In this document: positions 50,501 through 58,149 of the stretch, piece by piece
Numbering within the stretch: the stretch's first letter is position 1
How the letters are laid out: the number at the start of each line of letters is the position of its first letter
Assembly: GCA_044892525.1 (NCBI GenBank)
Contig: CM097888.1
Location: forward strand, 41,106,001-41,170,000
Reading direction: 5' to 3'
Origin: Schmidtea polychroa
Taxonomy: Eukaryota
Length of the DNA stretch: 64,000 nucleotides
Position numbers and translations under genes: made by a program
The notes under the pieces: model-generated
Seen by the model: the letters and a program-made list of their open reading frames with translations, nothing else
Databases searched by the model: none
What the model was told of the DNA's origin: nothing

Positions 50501-53500
50501 TGGGATTACACACTCGTCTGTTAACATTACATTATGATTTCGTGATATTGCCGTTTCAGGCTCGAAAATGAAAGTGTCCTCACTTTTAACATTAACTTTT
50601 ACTGGAATTATATGATCACTTTGATACTCTAGTTCAAATGTCTCTAATGCAATTACCTCAGTAAATCTTGCGTCTTGACATATTGCCTTCCGTTTGACTG
50701 TACTATCCGTTAAATCGATTACACAGTTTTTTAACTTTCTGAGTATATCCATGCCAAGGACACATACGCATTTACACTCTGCTACTACCTTGAAGACATG
50801 TTCAACCACTTGATCCGAAAAGTGGACTGTTAATTCGATATCTCCTTTTAATGGTATGTAATGTGATGATAATGAAATTACTCTATCTCTTGTGCTCACG
50901 ATATTTTTCTTTTGGTTTCCGGTTAACTGATCTTCACGAATCATAGAAGCTGCTGCTCCTGTGTCGCATAATGCCTTTATTATCGTATCATTTATCACTA
51001 TTTGTAATTTAGGCCTTGCTTCATTTAACCCTTCTAATATATCGTCAAGTTCTAACCCATAACATCCATAAGTTTCCCTTGGAACACAATGACAATTACC
51101 ATTTTCACCTGGGATTCTAATTTCAATATTATTTCTCAATTCTGTCAATTGTTCTCTTTGATTATCATATAACCCAATATGTGGTTGCTCAGTATTTTCT
51201 GATCTGTTTGTATCGTCCTCTTTCTCATTGGTGATCATTATTTCACCCTCTTCCCTTCGACTTTTCATCCGTTTGATTTCCTTATCGTGCCTCGCAGTGA
51301 TCAAATATTTGGCTATGAATGGACATAAACATGCTATCATTTTATATGAATTACCAAAAACTTGTCTCAGTTGTCTTAACGAAACTAATGATGAGCAAAT
51401 CATTTTCAATAGTGCTACTGTATAATATATACCCAATATAGTGGAAAACGTATTTCCGAGAATCGCAAAATATCCCCATATGCTGTATAATACTCTATAC
51501 ACAACTTTCTTGAAGTGCTCTTTTGATAATAATACATCAAAGTTGTAATTTCCTCCATAACTATTTTCGATGATTTTGTTTACCATGATAGAAAGAACTT
51601 TTTCTTTTTCATGAGGAAATAACATATGTTTTCTGGCGCTCTCTATCGCCTCTCTCGTATACATCCCATTGTTATCCATTTCGTTGACTTCCTGAAATTC
51701 TAACTTTTTCTCAAGTTCAGTTAGTTCTAGTTTTTGTGGTTTAGTCGCTTCTTTTCTATCTGACATTGTAATCCACATATCATCATTTATTTTGTATAAT
51801 GGATCTAATAGATTAGTACATTTATCAATTTTTCTCGGAACATAGTCTTTATCTGTTAATATCCTTGTTATTGGTTGGAGGTATACAGTTTCTCCTTTAT
51901 ACACTACTGGCAATTCGTTTGTGCACTTATTATTCGTTGCTAAAGATACGCTAACCGGTTTACACTGAAATGTTTGTATCACTTCACCGACAACTCTTGC
52001 AAATGTCCCTTTCTCTGCAAATAAAATTGGTGCCATTAAATCTGGGTTTGTGACTGCAACCGCCATCTTTGTTCTTAATATTTCTCTGTTGAGTTTACAA
52101 TCGTTTGCAATAGTTGCTTGATATACTTTGTCCAATTGTACTAACTGATGATGATAGAAATAATCAATTTTATTATTAAAATATGATGCTAGCTTGACGT
52201 CGAATTTATCTATTCTCGATTTTGCCTCTTTAATTTCACTTCCGCTGATATAAATTCCCTCATAATTTGTTTGCACGACTGCCTTGCCACATTTTATGCT
52301 TTCACCTTTTCCTAAAAATCTCATCCCCTCTGTTTCAGAATCTGACATGTATATTGTTGGGGTATCTCTCTCTTGAATTATCGTTGCTCGTCGTTTTTGG
52401 TCTTTGATGCTCTTGGATTCTACATCCGTAAACTGTTTACCTCGTATCGTTCTGAATTTCAGTGTCTTTAATTTAGTTAGATGGCATTCGTATTTATTCA
52501 CTCTGTATATGATCATTGACTCGCCTGTATCACAGCTTGTCTCCTCTAATGTGCAGAACTTATGTGTCATCATTTTCTTTGATGAACTATCAAATGACGC
52601 TTTGAATTTCCTTAATTCAATATAATACTGCCGTCTCACTACAATATTGTCTGCCACATGCCCCCATATTTTATACCTTCCTCCTTCACAATATCCTCCT
52701 GTTGATGACCATCCCACGACATTTACTAATTGTCTTACTCGTGCTCCTACCTGAGCATCTAACTCAAATCCATCCGGCGTTTTTATCTTTTTTGTTTTAA
52801 ATGCATTTTCGCATTCAACTGGCGTTATTATTATTGCTTCTGGTGCCCATGTTGGGGTTAATATTGTTCTTGCCACCTTGTTACACACAAAACTTTCCTC
52901 TGAATATTTGACTATACATTCTCCTGCTTCTGTGTGAATGAAATCAGATTCCTGATATATATGGAAAATCTTGGGGTCTGCTACAATTAATTTTGTTGGA
53001 TTAGCCTCTGGGCAATTTTCTACATCCAGCAATGAATATTTTTGTCCCCACTTGGGATTCTGACAGTCATACGCTATGATCGCATTATTCCCTTTTATCA
53101 GATCTAATAACAATGTTATTACTATAATTACTATTGACATTGTCGACTTTCTTTCTTTTTGACTTGGTTTCATAGTTGTTTTATTTACTAGATTTTTTAC
53201 TGTTTCCTCCGTATCATCTATTTCTACATTAATATTATCTTCTACGCTTTCCTGAGCACTTTCGATTAGACTCTCATCATACAGTATTTTCCATCCTCCC
53301 TTTAATTTTATCCATGGCATAGCATCTATCTTTAATTTATTATATATCATTTTAGCGATATTTTCTATTTGATTCTTTGGATTCAATCGCAAATGTTTCT
53401 TGTATCTTGCTATTAAATATGCCATTGCCGTAATCACTTTATCTCGATTAACTCCTGTTGTAAATAATATCTTTAACACTGTCTCTTCATTTGCTTCCTC

Positions 53501-54280
53501 TGCACTCAATTCTCTAATCTCTTTTTCCATTAATTTAATCTTTTTAACTATATTTTCTATTAACGCTGATGGTTTTGCTTCCGGAAATCGTCTCATATTC
53601 ATTGCTTTAACTAACTCTGTTATCATCTTTATATCTTTGTCATTATCCTGAATTTTTGGGACTTCCTGTCTCATATTATTTGCAATATCTCTTAGACGCT
53701 CTGCTGCCTTTCTGTCATCTGACTTTTCGGCTATTTCCGATTTTCGAGGCCTTCCTCTACCTCGTCTCATCGTCTCTGCGTCCTGCATATTTGCTTGTTT
53801 CGCAATTTTTTCTATTGTCTCATGTAAATTATCATATTTAGTATCAATAGGTTTAAAGATTTCATCGCTAACTGTTGGTGACCTCATTGCTCCTCCTGAA
53901 GAAGCATCCCACAATCTAAATAATTTATCATAGTCATTTTCGTCATTTATACTCAATTCTACTGATGGAGTTGGTGTATCAATTTCTTTACTTTCTTGCC
54001 TTTCTATTACTGCAGAAATAATATTGTTATCAATGACGTTTACTCCATAGTCAATTATATATTCATTATTCATCATTTCTACGCCGTTAAAATACAGTTT
54101 CACTTTATCATTATCTCCCAATTTCTCGGGCCAATTTGCTGTGGCCATCTGTTTCACTTTATTCACTTTTGTGCAAACATGTACCCCTGTACTACGCATA
54201 AGTATTCTCGAAAGGTCCTTTGCCTCAATAGTTATATTCAATGACTCATGTAATTTCTGATTTTTTCTCACAAATTCACC
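46742..54280 (-). CDS. pol: Giant accessory-Env-Pol-membrane polyprotein (2,509 codons from GTG at 54271; the open frame begins at 54280)
   Basis: Uninterrupted frame. PR LCDTGA (DTG 50957-50965). RT YRKLN, PFGLTNAPATFQR and YMDD (49691-49702). RNase H TDASG. IN HHCC, D-D35-E and GPY. Confidence 0.95.
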   Translation of the reverse strand, partial: GEFVRKNQKLHESLNITIEAKDLSRILMRSTGVHVCTKVNKVKQMATANWPEKLGDNDKVKLYFNGVEMMNNEYIIDYGVNVIDNNIISAVIERQESKEIDTPTPSVELSINDENDYDKLFRLWDASSGGAMRSPTVSDEIFKPIDTKYDNLHETIEKIAKQANMQDAETMRRGRGRPRKSEIAEKSDDRKAAERLRDIANNMRQEVPKIQDNDKDIKMITELVKAMNMRRFPEAKPSALIENIVKKIKLMEKEIRELSAEEANEETVLKILFTTGVNRDKVITAMAYLIARYKKHLRLNPKNQIENIAKMIYNKLKIDAMPWIKLKGGWKILYDESLIESAQESVEDNINVEIDDTEETVKNLVNKTTMKPSQKERKSTMSIVIIVITLLLDLIKGNNAIIAYDCQNPKWGQKYSLLDVENCPEANPTKLIVADPKIFHIYQESDFIHTEAGECIVKYSEESFVCNKVARTILTPTWAPEAIIITPVECENAFKTKKIKTPDGFELDAQVGARVRQLVNVVGWSSTGGYCEGGRYKIWGHVADNIVVRRQYYIELRKFKASFDSSSKKMMTHKFCTLEETSCDTGESMIIYRVNKYECHLTKLKTLKFRTIRGKQFTDVESKSIKDQKRRATIIQERDTPTIYMSDSETEGMRFLGKGESIKCGKAVVQTNYEGIYISGSEIKEAKSRIDKFDVKLASYFNNKIDYFYHHQLVQLDKVYQATIANDCKLNREILRTKMAVAVTNPDLMAPILFAEKGTFARVVGEVIQTFQCKPVSVSLATNNKCTNELPVVYKGETVYLQPITRILTDKDYVPRKIDKCTNLLDPLYKINDDMWITMSDRKEATKPQKLELTELEKKLEFQEVNEMDNNGMYTREAIESARKHMLFPHEKEKVLSIMVNKIIENSYGGNYNFDVLLSKEHFKKVVYRVLYSIWGYFAILGNTFSTILGIYYTVALLKMICSSLVSLRQLRQVFGNSYKMIACLCPFIAKYLITARHDKEIKRMKSRREEGEIMITNEKEDDTNRSENTEQPHIGLYDNQREQLTELRNNIEIRIPGENGNCHCVPRETYGCYGLELDDILEGLNEARPKLQIVINDTIIKALCDTGAAASMIREDQLTGNQKKNIVSTRDRVISLSSHYIPLKGDIELTVHFSDQVVEHVFKVVAECKCVCVLGMDILRKLKNCVIDLTDSTVKRKAICQDARFTEVIALETFELEYQSDHIIPVKVNVKSEDTFIFEPETAISRNHNVMLTDECVIPNNGTIPIRIANYERNKVKIHKGTKLGKLFKGELEQTFEVCEMSMTSDVSERMVEQSRANNIKFYDKIKINNNYLNETQQLQLQILLDEYSDVFAKHEFDLGDTDIIKHVIDTGNARPIKQRPYSVPYKLREEIKRQIKELKEAGVIKQSFSQWASPIVPVRKKDGEIRMCIDYRKLNDVTVKDSYPFPKAQEQYDKLRDTKYFTVIDANKGYMQIQMEEGDAEKTAFVIEDGLYEYTRLPFGLTNAPATFQRLMNTVLVDVQHCAVYMDDILISSKTFEEHLKDIANVLERLRKAKIKIKPTKCKWAEPSALFLGHIVTVDGIIPNPDKIEVVKKFPVPKTLQQVQGFLGLTGYYRKFIQDYAKIAAPLIELTKGVKTKGESKGVLIVQEINDKINKPQKKWKDEHQKAFDQLKEKLITAPILRYPDFKKQFIVMTDASGKAIGAVLGQEEEKGKDYVIAYASKTLKGAQIRYSTIEKECYAIVFALKQFKPYIYGTEVVIRTDHKPLEGLWKHKDTSSRLLKWAIKIQDMHIKIAYKSGRINRNADALSRIPELGALEVFALVTEKPIEIYEEQMKDPELFKIREEIKKGTNQKYKICKKLIVIEDFSGKQLIVVPQRLRQILLLQYHNGALGGHLSSRKTASRLMQKYYWDDLKKDVKRWCNACTICATRKNTGTKTKAPLHPIPATTSPMELCAMDFLCKLPTTINGNKHILVFSDYFTKWAEAFPTKDETAETVAKLLVEKIIFKIGTPRKLLTDKGKNFMSETIKRVANIFNMHKINTTAYHPQTDGLVERFNGTLLSRLAVFVGKNQNDWDEYVNQCTYIHNITPNETTGYSPYFLMFLREPRVSQYLDAPDYVTLMQERLQEVYKVANLKVRFRQEQYKADYDKNSKPHNFKVGDKVRLMSPQVGKGKTTKLARPFKGPYEVVKVVHENLHLQKHKNEDPIIVHVNRCKLAETELIEKPPHKYGLRSQKALMMAAIFLTIIGLCKSTEVENESIHSVKYMEEDILINISPYKIKVYNLNKSPIRDLYLETGNDIPKLMKKIENRSTNEFERGDNVEFINLQPNTNYTLCAQWNTLVDTSQVRCKRIRTTITNIYKPIDNSMPTTTITITTTNSASTQQSLQTITNTDRETTFKVTRQIYKKLIIKNLRQFDRKLVKLPTGKPIIINNWDELRAFQVKPAKPRWPFYVISSSILALSILAIITSVQVYKKYKWKRQRYRHRLVKNVPGHFHLDKYRPGQYTMSSLV
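51298..53140 (-). other. env: Envelope glycoprotein domain, chuvirus-G/herpes-gB-like (class III fusion) type, located upstream of the protease
   Basis: Signal MSIVIIVITLLLDLIKGNNA, then IIAYDC...YSLLDVENC. 14 Cys in the ectodomain, including GWSSTGGYCEG and FQCKPVSV...KCTNELPV. Membrane segment VLYSIWGYFAILGNTFSTILGIYYTVALLKMICSSLVSL (51377-51493). Confidence 0.85.
53270..53635 (-). other. Bcl-2-family-like domain (BH1 and BH2)
   Basis: Ungapped 60-aa alignment (53291-53470) of ILFTTGVNRDKVI...QIENIAKMIYNKLKIDAMPWIKLKGGW with Bcl-2 ELFRDGVNWGRIV...[27 protein letters not shown]. Confidence 0.75.
53740..53770 (-). other. AT-hook motif
   Basis: RRGRGRPRKS. Confidence 0.7.
54000..54240 (-). 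other. Ubiquitin-like domain at the polyprotein N-terminus
   Basis: KVKQMATANWPEKLGDNDKVKLYFNGVEMMNNEYIIDYGV resembles ubiquitin [21 protein letters not shown] and the UBL3/MUB NWP motif. No C-terminal GG. Confidence 0.6.
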
Positions 54281-55809
54281 TTAACACTTTATCATTTCTT
54301 TCAATTCTATTTCTAGTTCAAATACTCTTGTCATATTTTGCCTCTTTACCATTAGTGATATCAAATTTCTCAAATATTCTAAGTCAATTCCTTCGACTTG
54401 AACTCTATTTATTATACGCAATGTCTCATTGTCATCATAAGGCCATTTCTCTAATGTCTCTTTCAATTCCTCTTTTAATTCTTTACATCTATTTGCTTCT
54501 GCAAGAAATTTCTCATCCGCTTCTCTTGCTTCGCGAAACTCATCATTATCTATATCTACATCATTAGTAAAACACTGAAACTCATTTAATGACATTTCTA
54601 ACTTTCTCTCAATAAGTCTCCCATATTGAGTTTTAAATTCTTTTAATTCCTCTCTCAAACTGTTTATTTCCTTATTAGCTGATATCAACTCAGCACTATT
54701 AATTTGTTTTATCTCAGGCTCATTTTTAAATCTCACTCTATTAGGCGATTCGCTTCGCGCATTGTTACATACTTTAGCTAAGTGACCATATTTTTGGCAA
54801 TTATAACATTTGATCTGTCCATTAAAATTTACTTTATCTCTACCATCATTATTATAAGGGCTTCCTCGTCTTTCTCTATATGAATTCTGTCTATATGGAC
54901 TTGTCTGTCTACGTCTCAAATCATTTGTATTATCTCTATTATCATATCTATTACTTCTATCATATTTATTATTTCTCAAATTATTTCTATTAAAATCGAC
55001 TCGATTATCTCTCGTATAATTATTTCTATTGTATTCGTATCGATTATCTCTATCAAAAGTGTTTCTATTGTTTCTATTCTCAAAGTTTCTGTTTCTCACA
55101 TTATCAAACCTCCTCCTGTTTTCAGGCGATTGACTTCTATCCGGACTCGGGCTTACCCTTCGTCTATTTTTTACAAAGTTTAAATATAGTTGCTTCATCT
55201 CCTCCCAGGGAATGTTGTCATCTGACTTACCCAACTCAGATTTTACCTCGATGGGTTTTTGAATTTCCATTGCATCTACATGTGAGCTAAATCTATCTCG
55301 TTGTATTGCTTCTATACGTTTAGCTTTATGAACTAATTCATTTAAATTACCATATTCTACCATAATTAATGCTTTATATAAATATTTTTGTATACCATTC
55401 CAAAACTGATCCTCAATTAACTTTGCTGTGTGCTCGCCCGCACCAAATGCCTTTTTCGCTAACTCCGTAATCGTATATACATATTCACCAACTGATTCTC
55501 TAGTACCTTGATATCTGTTTCTAAATTTTTGAACATTTATCTTTTGTAAATCGCTATCGATTACTATTTCTGCTCTCAGATATCTTACGAGTTGATCAAA
55601 ATTATTCCCTTTACATTCTAAGTTATTGTATGCCTGTAACGCATAACCTTTTAAGTATAATGGGATTCTCATTTTTAATTCATCAGGTGTCCAACCACAA
55701 GCTTCTGCATACTGAGCGATCTCAGTGAAAAAATCGTCGAACTTTCAGGCTCTCCTCTATATGGTTCTACTGGTAAAATTTTTATGTAATTATTATTATT
55801 ATTATTCAT
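54281..55809 (-). CDS. gag: Gag (~509 aa) with a 1-nt frameshift near 55743-55745
   Basis: ATG at 55809. PVEPYRGEPE/FDDFFTEIAQYAEACGWTPDELKMRIPLYLKGYAL is the Ty3 capsid start. Other motifs: YRQ-like RYQGTRESVGEY, an R/N-rich linker and zinc knuckle CYNCQKYGHLAKVC. Confidence 0.9.
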
Positions 55810-56028
55810 CCTATAGACTATTCTATTTCTGAGATTATAAACTATTTCGGGTTGATTATCTATTTTATCTTTTTGAATTATTTAATAATTTTCAAAACTG
55901 AATTTATTTATTTAAAAATTGATCAATGATATTATTTTTATAAATATATTTTCCCAATATAAAATACTATACCCTCTGATCTCAATTCCTATCCCCCAAA
56001 TTGTGAATAACAATAATTGATTTTAAAG

Positions 56029-56046
56029 TCCCGGTTCGCGGCACCA
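56029..56046 (-). promoter_or_regulatory. Primer-binding site, tRNA-Phe-like
   Basis: TGGTGCCGCGAACCGGGA starts 2 nt inside the 5' LTR end. It is complementary to ...TCCCGGTTCGCGGCACCA, close to metazoan tRNA-Phe 3' ends. Confidence 0.8.
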
Positions 56047-56048
56047 AA

Positions 56049-57032
56049 TGTTGAGGTCTCGATATTCGGGAACACTCAACTTACTGGTTCTTATATATGT
56101 ACAAATATATCAAAAGACAAAGTGATTTATAAAACTTTTATTATAAAGAAAAATTTACCAATATGAATTTGTTGCTAGATTACAAAAATCCAAAAATCCT
56201 TCAAATATCCAACCGAATATGCTTGTATGTACTGTGTGAATGTTATGTATTCTCTTGCTGTGTTGCGTGTAGGCTTTTGAACGTTTCTGTTTGTCTGTTC
56301 GAGTTTTAGCACTAATAAGGATTAACCTTTTTATGTTGTTAACGCGGTTAAAATTTTGGGGCCAAAAAAATGAATTTTGACTCGCTATTTATACTTTTTC
56401 TTTTAAGAGAAAATGATTAAAAATTTAATTAATATATTTTAAGTATTCTTAAGTATGCTTAAAAAATGAATTTAATATATTTTAGCAGATGTTTTTCCTT
56501 AATACTCTAACAGATATTATTTAACCAGATGTTTTTCTTACTCTATTATTTAATAATTACAATTATTTTTCCTTACAACTTGCGTGCATTATTTTAACAA
56601 AATTTAGATTTCTAATTATTTTATAGTATTATTATTATTTCATTATATTATTTATCTCTACTTATAAAACTAATTATTAATGATTTAATTTACCCTTTTA
56701 TAAAAATATTAAATGTATACGGAAAGATATATTAAATAAAAATTAACAGCTACTCAAAAATATGTACAAACTTCTATAGAATAAAAATAATTAATATATA
56801 CACCAATAATATCATAAAGAAATAAAATAAGTAAAATAAAGGATAGTCCAAATGACACAGCATGAATAAAGTAAATAATGAATTTAGTTAACACATAATC
56901 GTCAATATTTTGAATTGTCCGGCTTTGGTTGTCTGGGTTCCACATAGATATTGACTCTGAACTTGTTGCTGCCCGTTCTATAGTAGTGTGTTAGTTCAAA
57001 CTCTTCAATTCTTCTTCCTCTGTCATCCAACA
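56049..57032 (-). repeat. 5' LTR (984 bp)
   Basis: See 3' LTR. TATA-like TATAAATA on the minus strand at 56386-56393. Confidence 0.97.
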
Positions 57033-57084
57033 CTTTCTTCGTTTACGGATCAACTTGCATTCCTATGCAATTTTGGAATCCTGT

Positions 57085-57660
57085 TTCACTGTCTTTGGTT
57101 CAGGAAAATTCTTTGCCTTTTCAACGTTGGCCGGATCTGGCTTTATTCCATTTTTCGAAATAATATGTCCTACATATACTACTTCGGATTCAGCCCATTT
57201 ACATTTTGATGGTTTCACTTTCAAATTGGCCTGAATTAATCGCTTGAACACGTCCTCCAAGTGTTCCAAATGGGTTAGGGGTTAGGGTTAGGGTGGAGGG
57301 TGGAGGGTGTACGTCCATTAACATGAGATTCATGGCTCTCTGAAATGTAGCCGGAGCTCCTGTGAGACCGAAAGACATTACATTATGCTCGTAATGTCCC
57401 ATACTTGTAGAAAATGCTGTTATTGGCATTGATTCATCTTTCATCTTGATTTGGTAGAACCCCTTCTGGGCGTCGATAACTGAAAAATATTTGGCATTTC
57501 TCATGTAATCTAACAGTGGTAGAAGATGATTATCTTTGGATGTTGCTTCATTTACCATACGATAATCATTACATAATCTTACTAAGCCATCTTTCCACCA
57601 CTATCATAGGTGATTGATATGGTGATTTGTTATGTCTGATAATACCATGCTTTAACATTA
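57085..57660 (-). pseudogene. Older Gypsy RT relic, the target region of the young element
   Basis: MLKHGIIR..SPYQSP, DGLVRLCNDYR, YFSVIDAQKGFYQI, SFGLTGAPATFQR and KPSKCKW, with frameshifts. YxDD absent. Confidence 0.9.
57272..57309 (+). repeat. Interstitial telomere-like tract
   Basis: GGGTTAGGGGTTAGGGTTAGGGTGGAGGGTGGAGGGTG. Confidence 0.85.
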
Positions 57661-57664
57661 TGCG

Positions 57665-57995
57665 CCGGAAAAACGTTGTCCCGTTCAGAAATTGGGCATT
57701 CCGATATTCCTTATTTGACTCAGAATATATGTGATGTAGAGCCTCCGATTGGGACTTGATGGTAAGTCTCAGAGTCCGGTTTTTCCGCTCGGAGACTGTC
57801 ACTGCAGTGCTTTAACCGCAGAATCTTTTTGGTCGCTTCTTTCATTTGAGGTGGGGCAAACCAGGTGCCCTCTAGAAAATCTCTGCGTTTCTTCAGCGAC
57901 CTTTTCTTCAACTGCCCTTGCTTGATGACGACATTCTTATCCGCGCATGAGAAACACGGTTTAAGGCCTGATTTTGGTAGATTAGGTTCGGACAT
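57665..57995 (-). pseudogene. Frameshifted ORF-X homologue abutting the RT relic
   Basis: LKPCFSCADKN...LEGTWFAPPQMKEATKKILRLKHCSDSL/LTIKSQSEALHHIYSE vs ORF-X LRPCFSCEDKN...YEGMWFSPPQMKEERKKILRLEHCRGSL...LTIKAQSEALHKVYTE. Confidence 0.85.
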
Positions 57996-58149
57996 TTTCG
58001 AGAATGAAAGGTATTTAACAAAAAAAAAGTTGGTTCGCTAGAAACTCATTATTCATCATGCAAATTTATTCATCTAAACCATCAAATTAGTAGAGGAGGG
58101 AACAACAAAATACTGGACTCGACCGAGGGATGACGACAGAAATGTATTC

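Larger units (their letters stand above)
40730..57032 (-). mobile_element. Full-length 16,303-bp Ty3/Gypsy LTR retroelement with envelope and accessory genes (includes a nested 3.17-kb hATm)
   Basis: Paired 984-bp LTRs with TGTTG...CAACA termini. 4-bp TSD CTTT (40726-40729 / 57033-57036). PBS and PPT present. Domain order PR-RT-RH-IN. Confidence 0.97.

Noticed and set aside
52360-52410. Furin cleavage site in the glycoprotein (DQKRR)
   Set aside because: It is dibasic but not R-X-X-R, so it cannot be called.
46986-54567. Numerous short + strand ORFs over the polyprotein and gag
   Set aside because: Antisense shadows of a long coding frame, with no motifs.
56029-56046. PBS as tRNA-His, or as a tRNA gene
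   Set aside because: Only 18 nt with no cloverleaf. Beyond GGCACCA it fits Phe-type 3' ends better than His. The host tRNA set is needed to settle it.
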